A stretch of DNA of 64,000 nucleotides from Eledone cirrhosa (taxonomy: Eukaryota), in the NCBI GenBank assembly GCA_964016885.1, contig OZ024742.1:54064001-54128000 (forward strand), given 5' to 3'. Under the pieces are notes generated by a model. That model saw only the letters and a program-made list of their open reading frames with translations, did not search any database and was not told the origin of the DNA. Below, piece after piece: positions 1 to 11,506 of this stretch (position 1 is the stretch's first letter; the number at the start of each line of letters is the position of its first letter). Position numbers and translations under genes: made by a program.

Positions 1-926
1 CTCCTGTGAGCCAATGATGTATCCCTCACATTTCTTGAACAGAAAGGACAAGGGGTTTAATGACGAGATGAATAATATCACAGAGGGACTGTCCCCCTGA
101 AATATACCCCTGCAATATTTTATTTTATCAGTGAAAATAGAGTCCTCCCTCTCTGTCTTTAACCTTAGGATAGTAGCCCAAGAAGAAGACAGCCTCTCTA
201 TGGCTCTGACAATAATGTCTGGGACTTTAGCAAGTTGGAGGGCCTCTATCATCCAAGAGTGGGGAACAGAATCGAAAGCTTTCCTGTAGTCCAGCCAGAC
301 TGTAGTCATATTCCTCCTAAGTTGTCGCACCTCCGACATCGCAGTTTTGTTGATTAGGAGTTATTCAGCGCATCCCCAAACCCCTTTCTTTCCAGCTGCT
401 TGTTCATCTGTGATGATGTTATTATTTTCACAGTGATCTTGGAGGAATAGGTTCAGGCAGGCTGTATACATCTTATACATCAGGTTCTGGCATGCAATGG
501 GTCGGTAGTTTTTTCCAAGTCGGTGTTTTTGTTCTTGGGGACCAGTAATGTTTGTGCTAATGTCAACCATTCTGGTATAAGTGTATCTCCCTTAGGAACT
601 TGTTCGTAGAGGTCAGTAAGATACCTCCGATAGAATATCAGTTGTTTGTACCAGTAGCCGACAATCATGTCTCTTCCTGGTGTTTTCTTATCTTGGAGTT
701 TTCCTATCACAGTCTCAATGGTACCCTCACTTATTCCGTATGTTTTTGTTGTAGTGTAGGAGCAATAGTTCTTTCGAATTTCTCTTAGCCACACTGCATC
801 TTGGTTGAAATTCTTTTTTTCACCCCATATTTTGCTCCAAAAGGAATCTATGTCTTTCTGGGATGGGGCCTCAGTGACACTTATTATTTTGCCCTTCATA
901 TCTCTATAGACTGATGTTTGGTTTCG
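1..926 (-). mobile_element. R4/Dong-clade non-LTR retrotransposon fragment (RT N-terminal half), 5'-truncated, runs off the window edge
   Basis: Minus-strand peptides FWSKIW, KTPGRDMIVGYWYK, NYRPIACQNLMYKMYT, EQAAGKKGVWGC, WLDYRKAFDSVPH and GIFQGDSPS. Homologous to 26800-27716. The truncation point abuts (TATG)n at 927. Confidence 0.88.
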
Positions 927-1020
927 TATGTATGTATGTATGTATGTATGTATGTATGTATGTATGTATGTATGTATGTATGTATGTATGTATGTACGTA
1001 TGTATGTATGTATGTATGCA
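927..1020. repeat. (TATG)n microsatellite
   Basis: Direct reading. Confidence 0.97.
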
Positions 1021-1554
1021 TGCATGTATTTATGTTTGTATGTGTTTGTGTGTGGTTGTGTGTGGTTGTGTGTATGTGTTATACCAAGTTCTGATTCTAT
1101 AACTTCTAGATTTATTCTTTATATTGATTTTTATACACGTTTGACAAACTTAACTTCATCTAATCATATATTCACATTAAACCTACAGAATAATATATCG
1201 GGTTATCACTTTATAGAACGTTTCAAGATTCAATACTGGAAGGACTTTTGTAAAACTCATAAATATGCAATACCTAACTGATCATAGATATTCTGAGAAT
1301 GTTTAATGTAAATATCTTAAAGGGAGCAATATTTAAATGAATATATTAAATGCTTACCCAAATAGTTTAACCTTTTCTAGTATGATCACTTAAACATTCT
1401 GACATTTTCCAAAAAAAATACTCTAGCATTCCTTTTAAAGTTGCGTGCACGGATGTAATGAATTAGAGTTTTCTAAAAAATTAGCTTGCAGCTAGCAGTG
1501 AAACAATCCCTATTGTAATGGCTACAGATGTTATTTAATATATATTCTCTTATT

Positions 1555-1745
1555 TTTATTGATTTCAATCATTACTCTGCGGCATCACAGATATTTCGTC
1601 ATGCTTTAGTTGATTATATCAACACCAGTAATTCTTTTTTCTTTAAATCGGTTACATTCTTCATCGATCTCCCTTTCGTGGAACTGCTAGGTCACTGGAG
1701 TTAAACACTGAAATAGACACGAACAAAAACACAGGTATGGAGTCA
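1555..1745. mobile_element. Degenerate octopod-type SINE fragment
   Basis: Motifs gctttagttgattatatcaacaccagta and atcgatctccc...gaactgctaggtcac resemble the abundant Octopus SINE as recalled; no search run. Confidence 0.5.
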
Positions 1746-1869
1746 CACACACAGACACGCATAAACATACATACACTCACACACACACACATATATATAT
1801 ATATAAATGTGTGTGTGTATATATATATACATGTAGATGTGTGTGTGTATATATATATATATATATAAA

Positions 1870-1903
<34 letters not shown>

Positions 1904-2071
1904 AATGTGTGTGTGTATATATATATATATATAAATCTGTGTGTGTGTATATATATATAAACGTGTGTGTATATATATATATAAACGTGTGTGTATATAT
2001 ATATATAAATGTGTGCGTGTGTATATATATATATAAATGTGTGTGTGTATATATATATATATAAATGTGTG

Positions 2072-2102
<31 letters not shown>

Positions 2103-2116
2103 ACACACACACATTG

Positions 2117-2151
<35 letters not shown>

Positions 2152-2329
2152 TTTATATATATATATATACACACACACATCTATATGTATATATATATAT
2201 ACACACGCACACATTTATATATATATATATATATACACACACACGTTTATATATATATATACACACACATTTATATATATATATATATATACACACACAG
2301 ATTTATATATATATATACACACACACACA

Positions 2330-2381
<52 letters not shown>

Positions 2382-2428
2382 TGTGTGTGTATGTATATAT
2401 AAATGTGTGTGTGTATATATATATATAA

Positions 2429-2462
<34 letters not shown>

Positions 2463-2539
2463 ACGTGTGTGTATATATATATATATAAATCTCTGTGTGT
2501 GTATATATATATATATAAACGTTTGTGTATATATATAAA

Positions 2540-2573
<34 letters not shown>
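1745..2573. repeat. Compound (TA)n/(TG)n minisatellite with orientation flips
   Basis: Units like (TA)n-AAT-(GT)n switch to the reverse complement near 2100 and back near 2380. Confidence 0.9.
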
Positions 2574-2580
<7 letters not shown>

Positions 2581-3420
2581 GAAGGAAGCAGGTTGATTAA
2601 AAATCTGCCGACTTATTCTTTAACAGACGTGAAGTACATCGGGAGTTTTATTACAATAAATAAGAGAGATTGTTTTATTCGTACATCCCCATTTTATTCG
2701 TTATATGTATTTCAGAGATGTAAGGTTGTTATCTAATAACCCTTTTACACGTCTCTTCAGACAAACATTCAAACGAGATGTAATTTTTCATTGATATGTT
2801 AGCAGTCGACATGTTATTTACCTCGCCGACCAATTCACATATGACCAAATTTATATTGTAGCATTTCTATTATGTGTGGGAGATAGTATTAAAAAAGTAT
2901 TCAATATGTTATATTTACATAAAATATATAAGACATTCCGCTGAGTATATAGTTAAAACTTCCGTAATTAATATAAAATAGACCATGAAATAATTAATAA
3001 ACCATTCATAAATTTATAGATACATTATAACATTACCATCAAAGTACCAATATCTAAAATTTAAATTAATATCTAAGTGAGTAAAATCTAGTCTGGAAAT
3101 ATAAAAATAAAATAAAAACATAAATTATCTGTTCTTCCATGCCATACTATGAATCAAGCGAAAAATCTGATAACCTGATACCCCAGCCAGCGTACAATCA
3201 CCAATGCTAGAAATAATACTATCTCCGACACATAATAAAACTGGTATAAGAGAAATATGGCCATATGTGAATTGGTCGCTGAGGTGAATAACACGTCCGA
3301 CTGGTAACATATCAATGGAAAATTGCATCTCGTTTGTATGTTTGCCTGAAGACAGCGTATATTGGGCTTATTATATAACTACCCTACATCATCGAAATAC
3401 GTATAACGAATAAAACCATC
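2574..3420. mobile_element. PLE-type pseudo-LTR pair in inverted orientation, each arm carrying an HHR
   Basis: 2690-2890 and 3213-3415 are diverged inverted repeats. The minus arm reads tgtttgt-CTGAAGA-long stem II-GAAA-TACATATA-acgaata. The tail 2574-2640 matches 6950-7020 in reverse complement. Confidence 0.7.
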
Positions 3421-3437
3421 TAGCTTATATATATATA

Positions 3438-3556
3438 TAACGAAGAAAGTGTGGTAAGGAACCAGATGCACCATAACGCACCAGAGTACTCAATACTTAG
3501 AATAGTAGAGTGGGTAATAGGAAAATGTTTGACCCCGTCGGGGTCAAACATTTTCC

Positions 3557-3558
<2 letters not shown>
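3438..3558 (-). mobile_element. TA-flanked PLE-type 3' tail ending in a ~41-bp palindrome
   Basis: taggaaaatgtttgaccccgtcggggtcaaacattttccta; same family at 15061-15222, 52506-52628 and 59018-59158. Confidence 0.7.
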
Positions 3559-3604
<46 letters not shown>

Positions 3605-3605
<1 letters not shown>

Positions 3606-3795
3606 TTTTAATATAGATGAGATTCTACAGGACTAGAACTGTTTCATTCATTAGAAATCATCAGGAATCTGATGATTTCTAATGAATGAAACAGTTCTAG
3701 TCCTGTAGAATCTCATCTATATTAAAACTTTTATACTCTGCTATGTATTGAGTACCTTACTTACTGTGGTTACCTCCGATTCAACCCGGAATAAC

Positions 3796-3797
<2 letters not shown>
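3605..3797 (+). mobile_element. HHR-bearing PLE 3' end with 5' inversion (family A)
   Basis: Palindrome 3605-3728 containing CTGATGA-TTTC-TAAT-GAAT-GAAA-CAG..CTG-TA; near-identical to 13541-13735. Confidence 0.8.
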
Positions 3798-3835
<38 letters not shown>

Positions 3836-3851
3836 CCTACATACACACACA

Positions 3852-3900
<49 letters not shown>

Positions 3901-3951
3901 CCTACACACACACACACACACGCACACAGATATATATATATTATATATATA

Positions 3952-4028
<77 letters not shown>

Positions 4029-4079
4029 GAGTGTGTGTGTATTTAGAAAATATCTGTTTGTAAATGTCACGGAGAACTA

Positions 4080-5690
4080 GATTTATCACGTCTGTATCAG
4101 CCAGAGCTTCATTGGATGTGATGTACGAGTGCTAAGATATGCTAACATGCCATCAGATCACTACCTTCTTCTGACATCAGTGAGACTTCGGCTCAAAAGA
4201 TCCACCAATATAGGCCATCCATGAACAAGATACAACTTTGGACTGTTCAAGAATAAAGGGACACAGGCTGCTTCCGGGATAAGCCTCTCAGACAGGTACT
4301 AGCCTCTACAGGAGACAATAAAAGACGTTGGGACAGATCAAATAGATAGCAGGCAGATTCCAGCAGGATGAGAAACCATTGAAAGACAACAATGGGTACT
4401 CATTGACAACAACTGCGGAACAACTGAAATGATGGGTAGAGCACTCCAGGGATCTGCTGAACCGCCCACCCCTAAAGTACCACCAGATACCCCACTAGCA
4501 GACACTCAAATACCCATTAATTATGACAATCCCTCAAAAGTAGAGATCAAGAAAGACATCCTGACACTGAAATATGGGAAAACTGTAGAGTCGGACGAAA
4601 TATCAGCAGAAACCATCAAAGCAGAAATAGAAACATCTGTCAACATGCTACACAGCCTCTTCAGTAAGATCTGGGAGAAGGAAGATATCGCGACCCAGTG
4701 GAAGGAATGGATTATCATCAAACTGCCGACCAAGTTCTACTGGAGGGGATAAGAGTACTACTGGAAGAGATAAGAGTACAACTAGAGGGGATAAAGGAAA
4801 CAGTGGAACCCAGTTTTCTGGATTAGCAGAAGGCATTCTGCAAGAACAAATCCTGTTCTGATCAGAACACCTAGCTACGCATTATCGTGGAGCAATCACT
4901 GGAATGGAATTCCCCACTCTACGTCAATTTCATAGACTACGAGAAAGCGTTCGACAGTGTGGACAGAGAGACACTGTGGAAGCTGCTGATGGACTACGGA
5001 ATGACTGGGAAGATTATCTCCCTCATCCGGTGCACTTACCAAGACATGAGTTGCAGGACTGCCTAAGCCAGCCAACTGTCAGAGAGTCTCATGGTGAAGA
5101 TGGAGTTCGTCAGTGGTGCTTGCTGTCTCTGTTCCTCTTCCTCCTGGTATGGAAACCACGACAGCATACAGGAACAATGGTATACAATACACACCCTGGA
5201 CACAACTGGATGACCTCGATTTTGCTGATGACCTGGCATCTTCAAATCCAACGTGAAGGCGCTACTGCTGTACAGATGTTAAACTTGGAGGACAACAAAG
5301 AAGATGCAACAGAATATCCAGACATTCTTCAACATCTGTCTGAGGTGCATCTACAACATCAAATGACCGGAGAAGATCAGAAACGAATATCTGTGGGAGC
5401 AATCGGCACAGGATCCAGTGGTAAAGCAGATTCTGCAGGAGAAGAGGAGCGGTATTTGATATACCCCCAGGAAGCCATCATGCAACACAACACGGCAATC
5501 CCTGACCTCGAACCCGCATTGTAACAGGAAGGAGGGCGGCCTCGTGGGAGCTGGAGGTGTGACACTAAGGCTAAATTTAAAAAAAAATGGAAGCCAGCTG
5601 GAGTGGAATGACGAGAGCAGCCCAGGATACTGGGCGAAAGCTCGTCAATGGCCTATGCTCCACAGAGAGTGATTGGGTTAGATGAAATGA
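4080..5690 (+). mobile_element. RTE-clade LINE, internally deleted and decayed
   Basis: APE C-terminus (SDHYLL), then WKEWIIIKLP, RIIVEQSLEWNSPLYVNFIDYEKAFDSVDR, GVRQ and LDDLDFADDLA; RTE-type 3' end gcctatgctcc; several frameshifts. Confidence 0.9.
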
Positions 5691-5736
<46 letters not shown>

Positions 5737-5740
<4 letters not shown>

Positions 5741-6655
5741 TTTTAATTATATCTCATAAAATAATACAACTGGCTTTCCACAAAATACATATAGTTAGCA
5801 CCCCAAACACAAAATTAGGATTATACTAACGTATACCCTAATGTTTGTTGAGTGAGATGGTTACCAGTCAGAGTTTAGCTTAAAGCTTTCTCTGTTATGG
5901 TATTAAATATTTTACTCTTGATTTGGCCAGAGAATTTTATTTCCAGATACTTTTTAAACGTAACTTTCCGTATTTATTACTGTTATGAGATATTGTTTGT
6001 TATCTAGGTATCACTTCTCTGTTTTTAGCCTAAGAAAATATCTATATGCGTGTGTAATTAATACATGCATACATTTACTTTTTTAAAAATAATTAATAGA
6101 GTTCTTAACACGCAGGATTGATAATGGTTTTGAAAAAAACTAATTAACCCACGTGTATATTATTTTACTTTTCTTGTGACTCGCGATTGCCTCCCTTTTC
6201 CACTTCGTGACGCTATAATATTTCCTCAGTCTAAAGACTGCTGGAATTTCAAATTTCGCGGTCATTTGATGCGTGAGGGGACGATTTAGCGGACACGAAA
6301 AATAACTGCGGTAAGAAATTTTTTCTTATATCAAAGTTTAATGGGCATCCACTGATGATTTATAAGTGCCCACCTACATATATTCTTACAGAAAAAAATA
6401 TGTTAGGCTTCTACATAAACTGGAAACATTCTCCCAACTTGTAGAAAACTTATAATGAAACAATTGTTTGGAAAGAGAGATATATTTTAATTTTAATTAT
6501 ATCTCATATAAAATAATACAACTGGCTTTCCACAAAATACATATAGTTAGCACCCCAAACACAAAATTGGGATTATACTAACGTATACCCTAATGTTTGT
6601 TGAGTGAGATGGTTACCAGTCAGAGTTTAGCTTAAAGATTTCTCTGTTATTGTAT

Positions 6656-6660
<5 letters not shown>
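5737..6660 (+). mobile_element. Non-coding ~752-nt HHR unit with ~175-nt terminal direct repeat, TA-flanked
   Basis: 5737-5910 is repeated at 6487-6660; HHR at 6348-6472; homolog at 58385-58920 (minus). Confidence 0.8.
6348..6472 (+). ncRNA. Type I hammerhead ribozyme with greatly extended stem II
   Basis: tcca-CTGATGA-T-TTATAAG...CTTATAA-T-GAAA-CAATTG-TT-tgga. Confidence 0.72.
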
Positions 6661-6736
<76 letters not shown>

Positions 6737-6740
<4 letters not shown>

Positions 6741-7021
6741 GTGGAACACTAGAAGGTAATATCCGTAGTGGTAGAGCACTCAGTCCATGGGACGAGTTAA
6801 GTAGGAGTGGTTACACAACAGTTAGTTCACCATACCGAGAACAATTGTTTCACCTTAGCGGATCTTCAGTGAACTAACTGGTGAACTAACTGTTGTGTAA
6901 CCACTTTTATATTGCAAGCTTACAGAGAAAATCCTAAGGAATACAAATTGTAGAGTGCTTTACGTCTGTTTAAGAAATAGTCAATAGATTATTTGATCAA
7001 GCAACTTTCATCAACTGAATA
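6737..7021. mobile_element. PLE 3' end fragments with a minimal HHR (minus strand) and local inversion
   Basis: Minus strand CTGAAGA-T-CC-GCTAA-GG-T-GAAA-CAATTG-TT; same family as 48128-48358. Confidence 0.65.
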
Positions 7022-7038
7022 ATATATATATATATATA

Positions 7039-7771
7039 CTAGCAGAATGGCCCGGCGTTGCTCGGGATTTGCTCTAGGGTTCCTATATATTTGATATATA
7101 ATTATCCTTATCGAGCTTCGTGAAATATATACGTTTGTTTAATCGCCAGCCTTGTTTGTTTATATTTTGTTTTTGTGTATGCAAAAATATCTGTACACGA
7201 ATATCTATATTGAAATAACATATCTATATTGAAATAACATATATATATTGAAATAACATATTAAAGTTTAAGCAAAGAATCGCTGCGTTCAACCTTAACG
7301 GGATCTTCTGAAACTAAAAATATCAATCTGTGAACGCAGATGTAAATATTTCGAAAAACGTTGCAACCGAAGGAAAACAGGAAGACGATAATTTGGTTCG
7401 TGAAGACGTCCCCTGGCATAAAGATATATATATACACACACACTATATATATACATATACACACACACACACACACACACTGATCGCGTCATAATGACGT
7501 AATGCAGACAGGCAGATACAGACAGATATTATAAAGGCGCGACGTCATATCTATGTATCTATCTAAAAAGAGAAAGACTAAGAGAGAGAAAGAGATCGCT
7601 AAATCGCCTAATGCGGTCCATAGGGCATTGAAAATTTGAAATTTCCTTTGCTCAGAACACTCAATAGGACCATAAGTATTACATGTGTAAAGTTTGAAAC
7701 AATCGGTTGGGTGGTTCTCGAGCTTTAGTGATTGTACAGACAGACAGACAAACATTCATTCTCTGTTTTAG

Positions 7772-7790
<19 letters not shown>
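7039..7790 (-). mobile_element. Non-autonomous Helitron with a nested PLE-derived fragment (~7085-7420)
   Basis: Minus-strand 3' end CCCGAGCAACGCCGGG hairpin followed by ..CTAG|T. The other end has (CAGA)n and a TA tract. Shares gtaaagtttgaaacaatcggttgg with 61732-62354. Confidence 0.72.
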
Positions 7791-7828
<38 letters not shown>

Positions 7829-7833
<5 letters not shown>

Positions 7834-8005
7834 ATATTGTTATATTTGGGGAGGGTCATATTGTTATAATATTGCCAGAAATAATAATAAAACACTCATT
7901 GTTTGGTTTGGATTGGTTTTCGCTTCTGCATCTTTTATATCTCCATAATTAATTTATCTGGCAATCAATATTTATCATTGATTGACCAACGGTTAAAAAT
8001 ACAGT

Positions 8006-8010
<5 letters not shown>
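7829..8010 (-). mobile_element. PLE 3' tail fragment (family of 41430-41990 and 21115-22195)
   Basis: Reverse-complement match to ccctcccaaagtataacaatat and upstream sequence. Confidence 0.65.
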
Positions 8011-8073
<63 letters not shown>

Positions 8074-8094
8074 AATATATAAATATATATATAT

Positions 8095-8528
8095 AGTTTC
8101 TAACTCAATACCTGATATCGTCGGCTCCGTCTCGTTGAGCTAATTTAAATGTCGTGTAAACCAGGCATAGGTTTATGAGACAAGCTACGCTCTGAAGACA
8201 TGTGCGTTATTTCATATCGCACACAATTAAGCCTTCTGATATACTTAGAAGTGGAAGGACTGCTAATTTTTAACACCTACTGATGAGCAGAAAGTCGGTG
8301 TTTCCTTCGCTTAATAATTTGCGAGACAGCTCCTATAACTGTCTAGGTGTTTCAGGCAGTTGCCCAATATAGGTTCGTTCTTCTTTTTCTTGATATATTA
8401 CTTTAAATTAAGTCTGGCAAACCATATTGTTATAGTTAGTATTTTTTTCACCCTAGTGATCGTGGTCCTTTACAATTCGAACACATGTATGTGTATATTT
8501 GTGTTTATCTCTCTTGTTTATTCAATTA
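8095..8528 (+). mobile_element. Non-coding HHR unit between TA tracts
   Basis: aacaccta-CTGATGA-GCAGA..TTTGC-GAGA-CAG..CTG-TC-taggtgtt (~8272-8351; 8-bp stem I; GAAA changed to GAGA). Shares ttatgagac, catgtgcgt and ttagaagtg with 22497-23037. Confidence 0.65.
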
Positions 8529-8549
8529 TATATATATATAGTCTATCAA

Positions 8550-8604
<55 letters not shown>

Positions 8605-8752
8605 TGCATGATGGGCTACTGCAGTTTCCTTCTACCAAACCTCATTTACAAAACATTGGTCAAGCCGAGATTATATTCGAAATCTCTTGCCCGAGGTAGG
8701 GATCAGTGGAGGTCAGGTAGGGATCAGTGGGACATGAACCTTGAACCACATA
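8605..8752 (-). mobile_element. Octopod tRNA-derived SINE, degenerate
   Basis: cagtttccttctaccaaa...ttggtc...cttgcccgagg...cagtggga..tgaacc pattern. Confidence 0.55.
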
Positions 8753-9761
8753 TCCGTGACTTCAGTGTTTTATAGTAGAGATCTCAAATGCTGAATCTTT
8801 TCATTTCCTGACATCGATATTTATTTTGTATTTCCATCTACTTACTTGCTAAGATATTTCCATTTTCTTTCCGGAATAATAGATTTTCCATCAAAGAAAG
8901 TTTGTGAAGTAAATAACAAAAACAATTCATTCGTTCATCAATACTTAAAATTCATCGACAATTTATTGCTTACCTGCATTTATATACATACAGAAGTGAA
9001 GAAATGAAAACATCATATTTTTACGCACGGTAATGTATACAAAGCCCACGATTTCTGTGCATGGGAATAACATAGATCTGACTTGTGACATACTATATAC
9101 TATTTCTCTTGGCAATCGAATATGATGCTATATGACTAGAAATATTTTGATATGTTTGGAAAATAATATTTGTTGGTTTATTGACGTACAGCAAACGTGC
9201 TTGAGTTGTATCAATAATCGGTACGTAAAATGGGAAATAGACTTGAAAAAGCTTTTGGTTCTGAAAATGTATATATTAAATTCATAGACAGATAGATTAT
9301 TTCGATGGATAGATATAATGATAGCACAGACACACACAGACACAGAGACACAAAGACACAGACATGCATATATATATATATATATCTGGGACTAGACTCC
9401 TTCCTCTCGTTTGACCTGTGCGAAATTCTTTCCTTGCTCACATTTCGATTAGGTTTGATGGTCTTTATTCTCTCTCGTCCACGATTTCACAGAATTATAT
9501 TCATAGATTTCTGGGACTTGCCTCCTTCTTCCTCACTTTTCGTTGCATTACCATCTTTGATTGTTTACAGTCTCGCTCGATCCCCTTATTTGCGTGTCCC
9601 AACGACTTTCTTTAGCCGTTGCTCGCACCAACCGGAGGTATATGGTCTTTAAAGCGATGAAATACCAATGAAGGTTGGAAGATCACTGATGAAGGACTAA
9701 ATTTATTCATATATATATAATTTCTATAGTTTTCATTTATATATATATATATATATATATA

Positions 9762-11500
9762 GTGAAAAATGGAACGGGAACAAAACAGAGAGGCAGTACG
9801 AACAAAGGTTTATTAGTTTCACGCTCTTGAGAGTGGGGTGGGGTGAGGAACGACGTTTCGGGCATAAGCCCTTCTTCAGGCGAAAAGTGTGTGGGAAGAG
9901 AGTTCCGAGGGTGTGTATGGGAGTGGGGGAGAGACATTTAGAAAAAAGGGTGGAGGGGGGTGGTAAGGAAAAGGAGGAAAAACGGTGGAAGGGGTACAAA
10001 TAGGATTCCGGAGGCTGAGTGTGTATATATGTGGGGGTACGCACGTGTGTGTGGTGTTTATACGTATTGTGGAGTAGGTGGTGTGGTTGGAAAAAAAATT
10101 TGTGAGTGTATGTCCGTGGGTAAGTTCCTAAGGTTGTTCCGTAGAGGGAGTGGTGAGTGGCCGGATATTTTCCTTGTGATTGAGTTGATGGTGGGAACGA
10201 TGGCCGATGTGTGTAATCCCTCGTTGTGTTGGTCGGAAGAGGAGAGATGTGGGGTGCGCGCGCAACAGGAAGTGGTCAGAGGGTCAAGGCAGGAGGAGGG
10301 TAGATGAGAATGATAGGTGGAGAGGGCTGTGTGTCTGTGTGTGCGGAGAAGTGGTCAGAGGGTCAAGGCATAGCAGCAGTAGAGGAGAATGGCAGATGGA
10401 GAAAGTCAGTGTGTCAGTGTGTGCGGTGGACAGGAGAGAGGATGGGTAGGTGTGAAAGGTTGAGTGGGGAGGGGGTCGTGCGGGGGAGGGGGGCGTATTA
10501 GTAGGAGTGTTAGTGGGATGAGTGTGTGTGAAGAGGTGTGGGTGGAGCGGGGAGAGGGAGAGAAAGGTGTGGGGGACGGTGGGGTGAGTGTAGTGTACTG
10601 GTGTGTGTGTGCGTGTTTGGATGAGTGTATGTGTGTGGTGAAGGGAGTGTTAGTGGGTGTTAGTATACTGGTGGTGGGGAAAGGGTTGAATGCGGGTGTG
10701 TTAGTGCGGGTCAATGGTGGTAGGGTGTGTAGAGTGCGTGGTGTAAGTGGGTGTGGGTGGGTGTGTGTGTTCGTGTGCGTGGGGTCGGGGGGATGTTAGT
10801 GGTATTAGTTGTGGGGTAGTGGGAGTGGATGTGTGGGTGAGGGTTAGTGGTGGTAGTAGGGTGTGTGGATGGTGTGAGTGCGTGTATATATGTACCGGTG
10901 GGTGTGTGCGTGATAGGGGTAGGGGTAGGGAGGGGGGATATGTGAGTAGTGTTAGTTGGGGGAGGGTGGTCAGGGGTGGGGTGGGCGTCTTAGTATTGTT
11001 AGTTGTGGGGTGGGTGATAAAAAGGAGGAGTGTTATAGTGGTGTTAGTGGGGGATATGTGTGTGTAGGAGGGGGGGACAGGGCGGTCGAAGGCTAAAGGA
11101 ATAGGGGTGGGGAGTTCAGGCCGGGGGAGTGTGGGTCTGTAGGGTGAAGATGGTGCGTTGTTCGACCCTGAGGAGGGTGGTGGGTGTTACGTGGCATTGG
11201 AGTAGGCCACAGACCGTGAGGTGGTGCGCGGAATGTCCAGGGGAGCCAAAAAGTCGGGCGATGAGGGAACTCCCGCCGAGACGAATATCCCGGAGGTGTT
11301 CGGTGAAACGGTCCGCCAGGCGACGTCCAGTCTGTTCGACGTAGGTTGCGCTACACTCCGTGCAGCGAAGTCCATAGACTAGGTCAGAGGAGGTGCAGCG
11401 GAAGGCATGCCGGACAGAGAGAGAGTGGACTTTGGGACCCTGGAAGGTGGTGGTGTTGGTGATGTGGGGACAAGTGTTGCAACGAGGCCTGGAACAGGGA
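9762..11500 (-). mobile_element. Neptune-type PLE 3' portion: GIY-YIG endonuclease, long CA-rich 3' UTR and HHR
   Basis: Minus 11400-11110 reads CTSSDLVYGLRCTECSATYVEQTGRRLADRFTEHLRDIR...EQRTIFTLQTHTP; HHR at 9851-9882; ends in (TA)n. Confidence 0.88.
9851..9882 (-). ncRNA. Minimal hammerhead ribozyme motif
   Basis: CTGAAGA-A-GGGC-TTAT-GCCC-GAAAC-GTC; stem I is weak. Confidence 0.7.
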
Positions 11501-11506
11501 AGGGAA

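Noticed and set aside
1661-2578. Long [12 protein letters not shown] ORFs here and at 12282-12599, 20862-21206, 22144-22458, 33922-34464, 40944-41824, 43051-43827, 47621-48278, 55787-56246 and 62566-63073
   Set aside because: Translations of stop-free dinucleotide microsatellites, not genes
9685-9710. CTGATGAAGGAC hammerhead start
   Set aside because: Truncated by a TA tract; no GAAA or stem III
9960-11067. G/V/C-rich ORFs on the plus strand
   Set aside because: Antisense of the low-complexity CA-rich 3' UTR of the Neptune-type element
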